The notes under the pieces: generated by a model | Told to the model about the DNA's origin: nothing | Seen by the model: the letters and a program-made list of their open reading frames with translations, nothing else | Database searches by the model: none | In this document: positions 1 through 7,948 of the stretch, piece after piece | Numbering within the stretch: position 1 is the stretch's first letter | Layout: every line of letters begins with the position of its first letter | Source of the DNA: an uncultured Eubacteriales bacterium | Lineage (GTDB): Bacteria; Bacillota; Clostridia; Oscillospirales; Acutalibacteraceae | Assembly: GCA_934456435.1 (NCBI GenBank) | Contig: CAKSHH010000005.1 | Coordinates: 62,756 to 126,755, forward strand | Direction: 5' to 3' | DNA: 64,000 nucleotides | Translations under genes and position numbers: made by a program

Positions 1-475
1 GCGTCTTTCCGAGCTTTGCAGTCTTAATTATAACGATATTAAGAGTGACCATACAATGACAGTTACCGGTAAAGGCAATAAGGAACGCACAATTTATCTG
101 AACGATATGTGCATCGATGCTGTCAATGAATATATGAAAGTGCGCCCCGTTGACGGTGTGAAAGACAAAAATGCGCTTTTCCTCAGCGGCAGAAAATGTA
201 GGATAAGTCCCAAAACCGTTCAGCACATTGTTGAAAAGTACATTGAAAAATCCGGTCTCGGCGACCGTGGCTTTTCAACGCACAAGCTCAGACATACGGC
301 CGCAACGCTTATGTATCAGCAAGGAAATGTTGATGTGCTCCTGATTAAAGAGATTCTCGGCCACGAGAACCTCGCAACGACTGAGATATACACTCACATA
401 GTCGATTCACAGCTCAAGGACGCGGTTTCGTCAAATCCGCTTAACCAATTAAAAGACAAAAAGACTGCCGAATAA
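1..475 (+). CDS. Tyrosine recombinase, XerC/XerD family (C-terminal part; 5' end lies left of the window)
   Basis: Frame of the 56..475 ORF stays open back to nt 2 (RLSELCSLNYNDIKSDH-MTVTGKGNKERTIYL). C-terminal catalytic signature is present: HKLRHTAATLM ... LGHENLATTEIYTH (His-x-x-Arg, His, nucleophile Tyr). Confidence 0.9.
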   Translation, partial: RLSELCSLNYNDIKSDHTMTVTGKGNKERTIYLNDMCIDAVNEYMKVRPVDGVKDKNALFLSGRKCRISPKTVQHIVEKYIEKSGLGDRGFSTHKLRHTAATLMYQQGNVDVLLIKEILGHENLATTEIYTHIVDSQLKDAVSSNPLNQLKDKKTAE

Positions 476-1084
476 ATAGTCAAGCAGCGTTTTAACCGCT
501 GAAGCGACAATAATAAATATAAAATTCCTGAGGAACGTTTTGTAGTACGCTGCAAAGCCGTAATTCAGGAATTTTCCCGTTTTAGAAATGCTTGCAACGA
601 TATATTCGGACATATTTATACTTTCACGACAGCACAGTATTACTGCAAGCATTGAAAGCACACAGTAAGGATACAGCATTATAATACAGTAAGCAAGTCC
701 CTTTAATGTGTATTCGTTATAAAGGAAATAAGATATACAGCCAACCAAAAAGCCGAAGCACAGCGGAACGGCATTGGTCAGAAGTGCACCGAAAACACAG
801 AGTCCGAGGAAAAAAATCGCGATTGCAAAAATTGCCGGGTAAATTAAAAAGTAAAGAAACGACGCTCCTGCCGTGAATCTTTCCGAGTTCATTATTACGG
901 TAGTAAAGTAGTCGGTTACTCTGAGATAGAGACTGCTCTCCCCTTTTCCGCTGAAACAGCCGATAATAATGCCCGAAAAGGCAAATATTATCGGCACAAT
1001 TATTTTCCAATTTGATATTATTTCTGCGATTCTGATGCTGTATTTATGAAGATTCAGCGTTTTTTTAGTTCCGATAACAGACAT
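449..1084 (-). CDS. spoIIM: Polytopic membrane protein, stage II sporulation protein M (SpoIIM)-like
   Basis: 211 aa, about 5-6 hydrophobic helices and no soluble domain. Size and topology fit SpoIIM, and it sits next to xerD as in B. subtilis (spoIIM-fur-ripX). AAGGAG lies 9 nt upstream of the ATG. Assignment rests on topology and context, not on a diagnostic motif. Confidence 0.5.
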   Translation of the reverse strand: MSVIGTKKTLNLHKYSIRIAEIISNWKIIVPIIFAFSGIIIGCFSGKGESSLYLRVTDYFTTVIMNSERFTAGASFLYFLIYPAIFAIAIFFLGLCVFGALLTNAVPLCFGFLVGCISYFLYNEYTLKGLAYCIIMLYPYCVLSMLAVILCCRESINMSEYIVASISKTGKFLNYGFAAYYKTFLRNFIFIIVASAVKTLLDYLFGSLFVF

Positions 1085-1168
1085 AGCTTGTCAACTCCTT
1101 TGTAACAAGCTATGCTGGTTCGGCTTAAAAGATTCCGATATATCAACTTGTTTTTGATAATGTTTCAG

Positions 1169-1948
1169 TCACATTCCGTATTCGTCAATACGCTTCCAGT
1201 CTATATCTACCTTCTTCGCGTCACCGCAAAATTGCTCGAAAATACTGTAATATTCCTTTTGGCTTATTTCTTTATCCTCCCATTTTTCATAATCAACAAT
1301 TTTCGAGTAACCTTTTTCCGTGTGCATAACATAGCTTTCTACTGTAAGCTTATCATCCTTAAGGCTTAAAATAAAATAGCTTGGAATGTCTTTGTATCCA
1401 AAAGTATCAACAATTTTTCCGTTAGAATAGAGGATTTGATCCTGAATAAGATCTTGAACCCACCAGTTACCGCTGTCAATTTTGATTATTTTTCCGTTTT
1501 TCAAAGTATAAATGCTGCTTATGCATATTTTCATCGGTGAATCAGATGCATCAATATCATTTCCAAGCCTGTGCCAGCTTCCAAGCAGTAACTCATTTGT
1601 ACCGTCTCCATTTATATCATACAGGAAATAATACATATCATCAAAAGCTTTTACAAACTTTTCAAAGCCACGTTCTCTCTCTTCCGAATTTGCAGAATCC
1701 CAATCCTTTTTTACAGCAATACACTTTTGCTTAATGAAATCTGAATAAGGATCTGACGCAATGGTTTCAATCTCTTTCGTATAAAAGGGTTTTGCGCTTG
1801 TTGTAAACCTATTGTCAGATGTGGTTACCTCATTTGCTAATGTTGTTGATGTTGTCGCTTCGGTAGTATTGCTCTCGCTTTTTCCTCCTGTGCAACCGCA
1901 CAGAAAGATCATCGCAATAACAATAATTGTCGCTGTAATTTGTTTCAT
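1169..1948 (-). CDS. Lipoprotein of unknown function
   Basis: Refined start is ATG 1948 (GGGGAGGA SD; the track start 1969 is upstream of it). Signal peptide plus lipobox MKQITATIIVIAMIFLCGC, then a Thr/Ser-rich linker. One DINGDGTNELLLG (DxDxDG, FG-GAP/EF-hand-like) motif. Confidence 0.7.
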   Translation of the reverse strand: MKQITATIIVIAMIFLCGCTGGKSESNTTEATTSTTLANEVTTSDNRFTTSAKPFYTKEIETIASDPYSDFIKQKCIAVKKDWDSANSEERERGFEKFVKAFDDMYYFLYDINGDGTNELLLGSWHRLGNDIDASDSPMKICISSIYTLKNGKIIKIDSGNWWVQDLIQDQILYSNGKIVDTFGYKDIPSYFILSLKDDKLTVESYVMHTEKGYSKIVDYEKWEDKEISQKEYYSIFEQFCGDAKKVDIDWKRIDEYGM

Positions 1949-2001
1949 ATTATCCTCCCCTTTCGCCATAAGGCTAATTGAACATATTGTTGTTCAGCCT
2001 C

Positions 2002-2030
2002 ATTATACAATATCAATAAAAAATTGTCAA
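2002..2030 (-). promoter_or_regulatory. Sigma-A type promoter for the lipoprotein gene
   Basis: Minus strand reads TTGACA (2030->2025), 17 nt, TATAAT (2007->2002): a perfect consensus, about 50 nt upstream of the ATG at 1948. Confidence 0.6.
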
Positions 2031-2035
2031 ATAGT

Positions 2036-2085
2036 TAAAAAAATTCTACATCATTGAAGTAAATTAGACTTTTAAATGATGTAGA
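2036..2085 (-). terminator. Intrinsic terminator downstream of the GH35 gene
   Basis: 10-bp arms CTACATCATT (2046-2055) / AATGATGTAG (2075-2084), with an inner AAGT/ACTT extension. On the minus strand it is followed by AATTTTTTTA. The loop is rather large. Confidence 0.5.
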
Positions 2086-2103
2086 TTTGCTTTTTATTAA
2101 GTT

Positions 2104-3855
2104 TTAGCCTAAATCGGGTTTGTCGAGGAATGTAACATAGCTTCTGTCGGAGCGGTCAGTTTCAAACACGACAACCTCATTTTCGCCTTGTCTGAGCATC
2201 GGTGCCGGGACATAAAGCGTTTTCTGCGGTCCTGCCGGATTGAAATATCTTCCGATATTAAAGCCGTTGACAAACACGACGCCTTTCGTGAAGCCGTCAA
2301 GACGGATGAACGTATCGCACGGCGTGTCTGCGATATTGAGCGTACCGCGCAGGAATGACGCTACCTTGACCTCCCCTGCTCCCTCGCTGAATCTGAGCTT
2401 TGAAATGTCTTCAAGGGGCATCGGATACATATCCCAGCCAAAATGATATTGCAGACCGAATCTTACGCCCTTAATACCCTTTTTCTGTGTTATTCTCGGT
2501 CCGTAATTTACACGACCCATATTTTCGCAGAGTATATCAAGCCGACAGCTTTCGCCCTTTTTAAGAGAAAATCTTACAGGCTCACCCTCGCGCGAATGTT
2601 CATAATAGCCTTTATATTCACCGTCGATGAATACAACTGCCCTGTCGTGAACAGCGTCAAACTGTATTTCATTTTCGTCGCGCGGACCGTCAACCGTTGT
2701 CGAATAAAGCGTGAAGCCCTGATACTGTCCGATTTCTTCTGTAAATTCGGGTGAAGGACGATGGACAGGTGCAGAAAGGTTATCTAATGCTTCAAAAATC
2801 GTGCATCTTTCTGTAAGCTCAAGCTTTCCGTAAGCTTTTTTATTTGAATTTTTGACAGTCAGCTCCGGAAGCTTTCCGAAACGTTCTTCGATGATCTTTC
2901 TGACCTCAAAGTATGCCGGAGTGAGGTCGCCAGCCTCCGAAAGAAGCGCGTTATAATCGTAGCTTGTGATAGTCGGTTCATACTTGTCGTAATAGTTTGC
3001 ACCGCTTGTAAAGCCGAAGTTCGTGCCGCCGTGGAACATATAGAAATTAAGCGAAGCGCCGTAATCTATCATTTCCTTGAAAAGATTTGCGACTTCTTTA
3101 GGATCTCTGACGTGATGTTCCTCATACCAATGGTCGAACCAACCAACCCAATATTCGCCGCACATAAGCGGCTGATCGGGGCGGAAATCGTTGAGAACCT
3201 TAAAGTTTTCGGCAGGGCGCGAACCAAAATTCGCAACGCATGGATAATCGGGTAAAGTGCCGCCCTGAAGCATTGAATAGCTCGCTCCGTCGGAGGTGAA
3301 AAGCAGGCAGTCAATTCCGTTTTTGCGGTAAATATCGGCGATTTTCTGCATATATTCGTGGTCGTCACCGTAGCTGCCGTATTCATTCTCAATTTGCATC
3401 ATTATTATGTTTCCGCCGTTTGTAGAAAGTCTCGGTGCAATTCGGCGAAGAAGCTCGTCATAGTATCTCTCAACCTTTGAAATGAAAAGCTTATCGTTAC
3501 AGCGAATCGTCATTTCTTTGTAGTCGAGAAGCCATGCCGGAAGTCCGCCCATATCCCATTCAGCGCAGATATACGGACCCGGTCGGAGAATAACATTCAG
3601 TCCGAGCTCAGCGGCGATGTCAATGTACTTTTCAATATCAAGCATACCGGAAAAATTAAAGACGCACTCGCGTGGCTCGTGAAGATTCCAGCAAGTGTAA
3701 GTTTCGACGGTATTAAATCCGCATTGCTTGAGCTTCAGCAGGCGGTCATACCAATATTCCTGAGGGATTCTGAAATAATGCATCGCTCCTGAAATGATGG
3801 TGTATTCGCGGTTGTCAAGATAAAACTTGTTGCCTTTATATGTCAATATACCCAT
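2104..3855 (-). CDS. Beta-galactosidase, glycoside hydrolase family 35
   Basis: 583 aa. N-terminus YKGNKFYLDNREYTIISGAMHYFRIPQEYWYDRLLKLKQCGFNTVETY. Acid/base block QIENEYGSYG and nucleophile region PLMCGEYWVGWFDHW. GAGGTG SD. Confidence 0.9.
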   Translation of the reverse strand: MGILTYKGNKFYLDNREYTIISGAMHYFRIPQEYWYDRLLKLKQCGFNTVETYTCWNLHEPRECVFNFSGMLDIEKYIDIAAELGLNVILRPGPYICAEWDMGGLPAWLLDYKEMTIRCNDKLFISKVERYYDELLRRIAPRLSTNGGNIIMMQIENEYGSYGDDHEYMQKIADIYRKNGIDCLLFTSDGASYSMLQGGTLPDYPCVANFGSRPAENFKVLNDFRPDQPLMCGEYWVGWFDHWYEEHHVRDPKEVANLFKEMIDYGASLNFYMFHGGTNFGFTSGANYYDKYEPTITSYDYNALLSEAGDLTPAYFEVRKIIEERFGKLPELTVKNSNKKAYGKLELTERCTIFEALDNLSAPVHRPSPEFTEEIGQYQGFTLYSTTVDGPRDENEIQFDAVHDRAVVFIDGEYKGYYEHSREGEPVRFSLKKGESCRLDILCENMGRVNYGPRITQKKGIKGVRFGLQYHFGWDMYPMPLEDISKLRFSEGAGEVKVASFLRGTLNIADTPCDTFIRLDGFTKGVVFVNGFNIGRYFNPAGPQKTLYVPAPMLRQGENEVVVFETDRSDRSYVTFLDKPDLG

Positions 3856-3871
3856 AATATATCACCTCATT

Positions 3872-3901
3872 AAAAAAGGCGGCTGCCATAAAGCAGTCGC
3901 C
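3872..3901 (-). terminator. Intrinsic terminator after upp
   Basis: Arms GGCGGCTGC (3878-3886) / GCAGTCGCC (3893-3901), 9 bp with 1 mismatch, 6-nt loop. On the minus strand it is followed by TTTTTT (3877->3872). Confidence 0.7.
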
Positions 3902-3919
3902 CTAAACAGCAATAAAAAA

Positions 3920-4549
3920 TTATTTTGTGCCGAAGATTCTGTCGCCTGCGTCGCCGAGACCTGGAACAATGTAGCAATGCTCGTTGAGCTTCTCGTCGAG
4001 AGCAGCGCAATAGATGTCAACGTCGGGATGAGCCTTCTGAAGAGCTGCAAGTCCCTCGGGAGCGGCAATAATGCCCATGAACTTAATTGATTTCGGTTTT
4101 CTTGCTTTGATAAGGGAGATAGCGTCGATAGCCGAACCGCCTGTTGCAAGCATCGGGTCGAGAACGATAACGTCACGATCGGCAATGTCAACCGGGAGTT
4201 TGCAGTAATACTCAACGGGCTTGAGTGTTTCGGGATCACGGTAAAGACCGATATGACCTACACGAGCCGACGGAACGAGCGAAAGAACGCCGTCAACCAT
4301 GCCCAAACCTGCTCTGAGGATCGGAACGAAAGCAAGTTTTTTACCCTCAAGATTGTGAGCTATGCACTTGCAGATCGGTGTTTCAATCTCAACTTCCTGA
4401 ACAGGAAGATCTCTTGTTGCTTCGTAGCACTCAAGTGTTGCAATCTCGCTTACAAGGGATCTGAAATCCTTGGAAGAGGTGTTCTTATCTCTGAGAATGG
4501 AAAGCTTATGCTGGATAAGAGGATGATTGGTGATGGTTACTGTTGACAT
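3920..4549 (-). CDS. upp: Uracil phosphoribosyltransferase
   Basis: 209 aa. [23 protein letters not shown] at the N-terminus, PRPP loop [15 protein letters not shown]-terminal [17 protein letters not shown]. Confidence 0.95.
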   Translation of the reverse strand: MSTVTITNHPLIQHKLSILRDKNTSSKDFRSLVSEIATLECYEATRDLPVQEVEIETPICKCIAHNLEGKKLAFVPILRAGLGMVDGVLSLVPSARVGHIGLYRDPETLKPVEYYCKLPVDIADRDVIVLDPMLATGGSAIDAISLIKARKPKSIKFMGIIAAPEGLAALQKAHPDVDIYCAALDEKLNEHCYIVPGLGDAGDRIFGTK

Positions 4550-4566
4550 ATTTATACCTCCGTTAA

Positions 4567-5019
4567 TTAAAATGTACCGTTTTCAATCGCCGTTATCTGA
4601 TCGACACGGCGCTGGTGTCTGCCGCCCTCAAACTCGGTTGTGAGGAAGACGTCTACCATTTCGTTTGCAAGTCCGGGGCCTACAACTCTGCCGCCCATGC
4701 AGAGGATATTGGCGTCGTTGTGAAGCCTTGTATATTTGGCGCTGAAGTAGTCGGAGCAGCAAGCCGCACGAATACCCTTAACCTTGTTGGCAGCCATACT
4801 GATACCGATTCCGGTTCCGCAGCAAAGTATGCCGAGCACCTTTTCTTTGCTTTCAATTACGGCGTTGCCGACCTTGTATGCAATTTCGGCATAGTCCACC
4901 GAATCGGTGCTGTGGGTTCCGAAGTCAACAATTTCATAACCGCCGACTTCTTCAAGGTGCTTCTTGATGGATTCCTTGAGCTCGTATCCGCCGTGATCGG
5001 CTCCGATAACAATTTTCAT
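4567..5019 (-). CDS. rpiB: Ribose-5-phosphate isomerase B
   Basis: 150 aa. [16 protein letters not shown] ... [22 protein letters not shown] ... ERHQRR-type C-terminus (GGRHQRRV). Confidence 0.93.
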   Translation of the reverse strand: MKIVIGADHGGYELKESIKKHLEEVGGYEIVDFGTHSTDSVDYAEIAYKVGNAVIESKEKVLGILCCGTGIGISMAANKVKGIRAACCSDYFSAKYTRLHNDANILCMGGRVVGPGLANEMVDVFLTTEFEGGRHQRRVDQITAIENGTF

Positions 5020-5023
5020 TAAA

Positions 5024-5725
5024 TCACACGCCTTTACTTAATTTTTTGTTTAATTCACGCTGTGCCTGGGGCAATCTGAGATACTCCGGCACAAGCATTG
5101 CGCTGTCGATGTACTTGTCGGACGATGTGTGCATCGCTTCAAAGCAAACGCCGACAGCCGATTGAAATCTGTGTGTCGGTGAGGCAATGCTAACCGATGA
5201 CTTGTCTTTCAAAGTATTATAGCATATTTCTGCTCCGTCGCCAACAAAAATTTTATTTTTTTCGTATTTATTAAGGCTATTTATCACATTTTCGATTGAA
5301 TCAGCGTTATCCTCGGTCAATCTTGTTACTTTTCCGTCAGTAATGTCAAAAAAAGCGTTGTAAACCTGACTGCATCTCGCGTCCATAACACAGCAGGCAA
5401 TGCAGTTAGTGTCAATAAGGTTGTATGCCATTGAGCCGAGCGTTGAAGCGCCGTAAACGGGCATTTTTTTGACGTCCGCGATACCCTTTGCCGCGGCAAC
5501 ACCGATACGGATACCCGTAAAAGAACCCGGACCTTTGTTGACGGCAATCAAGTCAACTGTGTCAAGCGAAATTCCGGAATACTTCAAAAGATTTTCAATC
5601 ATCGGCATAAGCGTCTGTGAATGTGTCAGTCCTGTGTTTGTATAAAAGCTGCCGACAACCTTTTCGCCGTCGGTCAGCGCAACGGAAGCGGACTTTGCCG
5701 AGCTGTCGATTCCGAGTATTCTCAT
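5024..5725 (-). CDS. tsaB: tRNA threonylcarbamoyladenosine (t6A) biosynthesis protein TsaB
   Basis: 233 aa. MRILGIDSSAKSASVAL ... GPGSFTGIRIGVAAAKG. 4-nt overlap with tsaE. Confidence 0.9.
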   Translation of the reverse strand: MRILGIDSSAKSASVALTDGEKVVGSFYTNTGLTHSQTLMPMIENLLKYSGISLDTVDLIAVNKGPGSFTGIRIGVAAAKGIADVKKMPVYGASTLGSMAYNLIDTNCIACCVMDARCSQVYNAFFDITDGKVTRLTEDNADSIENVINSLNKYEKNKIFVGDGAEICYNTLKDKSSVSIASPTHRFQSAVGVCFEAMHTSSDKYIDSAMLVPEYLRLPQAQRELNKKLSKGV

Positions 5726-6156
5726 GTCAGTTCCACTCCCTCAATTTCAATTATTCTTTCGTTTTCATTATTGCCGGGCTTGAATGTGACTCTTATGCTG
5801 TTTTCGGGCAATGCGTTTTCAATGTTCTCGCTCCATTCAACTGCGAGAATGCCGCCGAAATCAAGATAGTCAAAGAAGCCCGTTGAATAAAGGTCGTCCC
5901 AGCTTTCAATTCTGTACATATCGAAGTGATAGAGCGTGTTTTCGATTCCTCTGTATTCATGAATCAGGGCAAATGTGGGACTGCTGACATTCTTTTCGTC
6001 GATACCGAGACCCTTTGCGAGTCCGTGGGTAAAGGTGGTTTTTCCCATACCCATACCGCCGAAATATGCAACAACATCTCCGCTCTTTAATTTTGAGCCG
6101 AGCTTCTCACCTATTCTGTGAGTTTCCTCAACATTATGGCTGTAATAAACACACAA
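5722..6156 (-). CDS. tsaE: tRNA t6A biosynthesis ATPase TsaE
   Basis: Walker A GGMGMGKTTFTHGLAKGLG, then PTFALIHEY ... HFDMYR. The track start (TTG 6186) lies inside a promoter -10 element. GGAGGTG followed 6 nt later by in-frame TTG at 6156 is the likelier start. Confidence 0.88.
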   Translation of the reverse strand: MCVYYSHNVEETHRIGEKLGSKLKSGDVVAYFGGMGMGKTTFTHGLAKGLGIDEKNVSSPTFALIHEYRGIENTLYHFDMYRIESWDDLYSTGFFDYLDFGGILAVEWSENIENALPENSIRVTFKPGNNENERIIEIEGVELT

Positions 6157-6174
6157 AAATATCACCTCCGTGAT

Positions 6175-6202
6175 ATTATAACACAATTTTTTGCATTGTA
6201 AA
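6175..6202 (-). promoter_or_regulatory. Putative promoter of the tsaE-tsaB-rpiB-upp unit
   Basis: Minus strand reads TTTACA (6202->6197), 16 nt, TGtTATAAT (-10 at 6180->6175). The SD GGAGGTG starts only about 6 nt after the -10, so the leader would be very short. Confidence 0.4.
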
Positions 6203-6225
6203 TATCCAGAGATGATATTAAGTTA

Positions 6226-7674
6226 TTAAAAGCGGAAATCTCGTCTGTTTGAAGATTTAATAGCCTCAATATTCTGACGTGCAATTTCTCTGACCTTTTC
6301 TTTTGGAATTTTCTCAAGCTCACGGTCAATCATTTCAAAGCCTATCTTCTTCGTTTCGTCCGAAGCGTAGTCAATGAGATATTCCGTAAGCGTCATAAGC
6401 GCGTTGGGATGACAGCAGTTAAGTATCTGACCGCTCTTGCAAAGGCTCATAAATCTGTCGCCTGTTCTGCCTTCACGGTAGCAAGCTGTACAGAATGAAG
6501 GAATATGATCCTTTTCCATAAGCCATCTGACAACCTCGTCAAGTGTTCTTTGATCGGAAACGTCAAACTGCTCGGAATCGTGAGGACGCTCCTCCTCGCA
6601 ATATCCGCCGACTGAGGTTCTTGATGCGCCGCTGATCTGCGAAATGCCGTAGTCAAGCACCTTGCCCCTGACGGCTTCACTCTCACGGGTGGAAATAATC
6701 ATTCCCGTGTAAGGAACTGCGATACGGATGCAGGCAATTATTTTTGCAAACATATCGTCTGCGAGACTGTTGTCAAACACGTCGGGATCAATGTCGTCGG
6801 CGTGCTTAACACGGGGAACACTTATTGTATGGGGACCGACACCGTGCACGGCTTCAAGGTGCTCGGCGTGCATAAGAAGTCCTGCAAACTCGTATTTATA
6901 GCCCTCAAGACCGAACAGAACACCGAGACCGACATCGTCAATGCCGCCCTCCATCGCCCTGTCCATAGCCTCGGTATGATAATCATAGTCGTGCTTGGGT
7001 CCTGTCGGATGAAGCTCCAAATAGCTCTTTTTGTTGTAGGTTTCCTGGAAAAGAATGTATGTTCCAATTCCGGCATCCTTGAGCTTTTTATAGTTTTCAA
7101 CCGTTGTTGCGGCGATGTTGACATTGACTCGCCTGATATCGCCGTTTTTGTGGTGAACGGAATATATTGTCTTAATACAATCAAGAATGTACTCGATCGG
7201 ATTGTTTACGGGATCCTCGCCCGCTTCAATGGCAAGACGCTTGTGACCCATATCCTGGAGAGCAATAACCTCTCGCTTGATTTCCTCCTGGGAAAGCTTC
7301 TTTCTTGCAATATGCTTGTTCTTGTGATGATAAGGGCAGTAAACACAGCCGTTTACACAATAATTGGAAAGATAAAGCGGCGCAAACATAACGATTCTGT
7401 TGCCGTAGAAAGCAAGCTTTATCTCGTTTGCAAGCTTATACATTTCTTCGATTTTTTCGGGAATATCGCAGGCAAGCAGAACCGATGCTTCTCTGTGAGT
7501 GAGACCGGCGCAGGTAACGCCGTGCTCCGTCTTTTTCGGACGAGCTTTTTCAAGCAGAGAATCAATGAGTTCAACATTGTTCTTGTTCTGTTCCGCGTAT
7601 TCGATTGTTGCGAGAATTTCCTCATCGTTGATAAATTCTTCGGCTTTGAGTGATTTGGGATTGTAAACAGCCAT
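6226..7674 (-). CDS. hydG: [FeFe]-hydrogenase maturase HydG (radical SAM tyrosine lyase)
   Basis: Radical-SAM cluster motif NYCVNGCVYCPY. HydG-specific C-terminal cluster region SFCTACYREGRTGDRFMSLCKSGQILNCCHPNAL. Refined start is ATG 7674 with SD GGAAAGGAAG; the track start 7731 is a TTG inside the leader terminator U-run. Confidence 0.85.
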   Translation of the reverse strand: MAVYNPKSLKAEEFINDEEILATIEYAEQNKNNVELIDSLLEKARPKKTEHGVTCAGLTHREASVLLACDIPEKIEEMYKLANEIKLAFYGNRIVMFAPLYLSNYCVNGCVYCPYHHKNKHIARKKLSQEEIKREVIALQDMGHKRLAIEAGEDPVNNPIEYILDCIKTIYSVHHKNGDIRRVNVNIAATTVENYKKLKDAGIGTYILFQETYNKKSYLELHPTGPKHDYDYHTEAMDRAMEGGIDDVGLGVLFGLEGYKYEFAGLLMHAEHLEAVHGVGPHTISVPRVKHADDIDPDVFDNSLADDMFAKIIACIRIAVPYTGMIISTRESEAVRGKVLDYGISQISGASRTSVGGYCEEERPHDSEQFDVSDQRTLDEVVRWLMEKDHIPSFCTACYREGRTGDRFMSLCKSGQILNCCHPNALMTLTEYLIDYASDETKKIGFEMIDRELEKIPKEKVREIARQNIEAIKSSNRRDFRF

Positions 7675-7729
7675 AAAATTCTTCCTTTCCTTACAGTCAG
7701 AATAAATCTTTCTGTCAGACCGTCTTTTC

Positions 7730-7761
7730 AAAATAAAACCGTATCCCTGAAGAATACGGCT
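7730..7761 (-). terminator. Intrinsic terminator-like hairpin inside the hydG leader (possible attenuator)
   Basis: Minus-strand RNA AGCCGUAU-UCUUCAGGG-AUACGGUU (arms 7754-7761 / 7737-7744), followed by UUUAUUUU. It lies about 55 nt upstream of the hydG ATG, and no minus-strand gene ends upstream of it. Confidence 0.5.
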
Positions 7762-7857
7762 GAATGTTCGGCAACCGCAGATTGGTCAACGGTTACTTAA
7801 AACGTCAGCTTCCGCCTTAAAACAATTCGGCGTCAGGGTCAGTTTTCTATTATTTTA

Positions 7858-7885
7858 ATTATAACATAGTATTATAAAAAGTCAA
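7858..7885 (-). promoter_or_regulatory. Putative hydG promoter
   Basis: Minus strand reads TTGACT (7885->7880), 16 nt, TGtTATAAT (-10 at 7863->7858). Confidence 0.55.
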
Positions 7886-7892
7886 ATAAATC

Positions 7893-7921
7893 TTGAAATA
7901 TTCAGCTGAAACATATATAAT
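7893..7921 (+). promoter_or_regulatory. Putative promoter of the SEDS (ftsW/rodA) gene
   Basis: TTGAAA (7893-7898), 17 nt, TATAAT (7916-7921). It is back-to-back with the hydG promoter. Confidence 0.55.
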
Positions 7922-7948
7922 ATTATGAGATACACGGGAGGTGAAAAA

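Noticed and set aside
1-475. Searched near xerC/D and upstream of ftsK (62663-62812) for a dif-like site (…TTATGTAAACT / AGTTTACATAA).
   Set aside because: I found no match by eye to either arm in the intergenic regions of this window.
449-475. 27-bp convergent overlap of the xer recombinase and spoIIM-like 3' ends, without a terminator.
   Set aside because: It is real in the sequence but common in compact genomes. There is no structure or motif suggesting a function.
1085-1111. 7-bp hairpin (AGCTTGT/ACAAGCT) with the spoIIM SD in its 13-nt loop.
   Set aside because: The stem is short, with no conservation information, and an SD in a loop would stay accessible. It is probably fortuitous.
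6802-7653. 283-aa ORF on the + strand, antisense to hydG.
   Set aside because: It lies entirely inside a gene with unmistakable HydG motifs on the other strand. It has no SD, and its Leu/Val/Phe/Asn-rich sequence has no recognisable domain. This is a typical shadow ORF of a codon-biased gene.
7675-7731. N-terminal extensions in the ORF track. Examples: hydG 7731, stp 26945, rsmB 29347, MMPL 21560, rpoZ 34135, rluB 37096, DUF1385 43355, M50 41484.
   Set aside because: The extensions start at TTG/GTG codons or at ATGs without an SD. They overlap upstream genes or regulatory hairpins and add non-conserved-looking residues. An SD-preceded ATG downstream matches the expected family N-terminus in each case.
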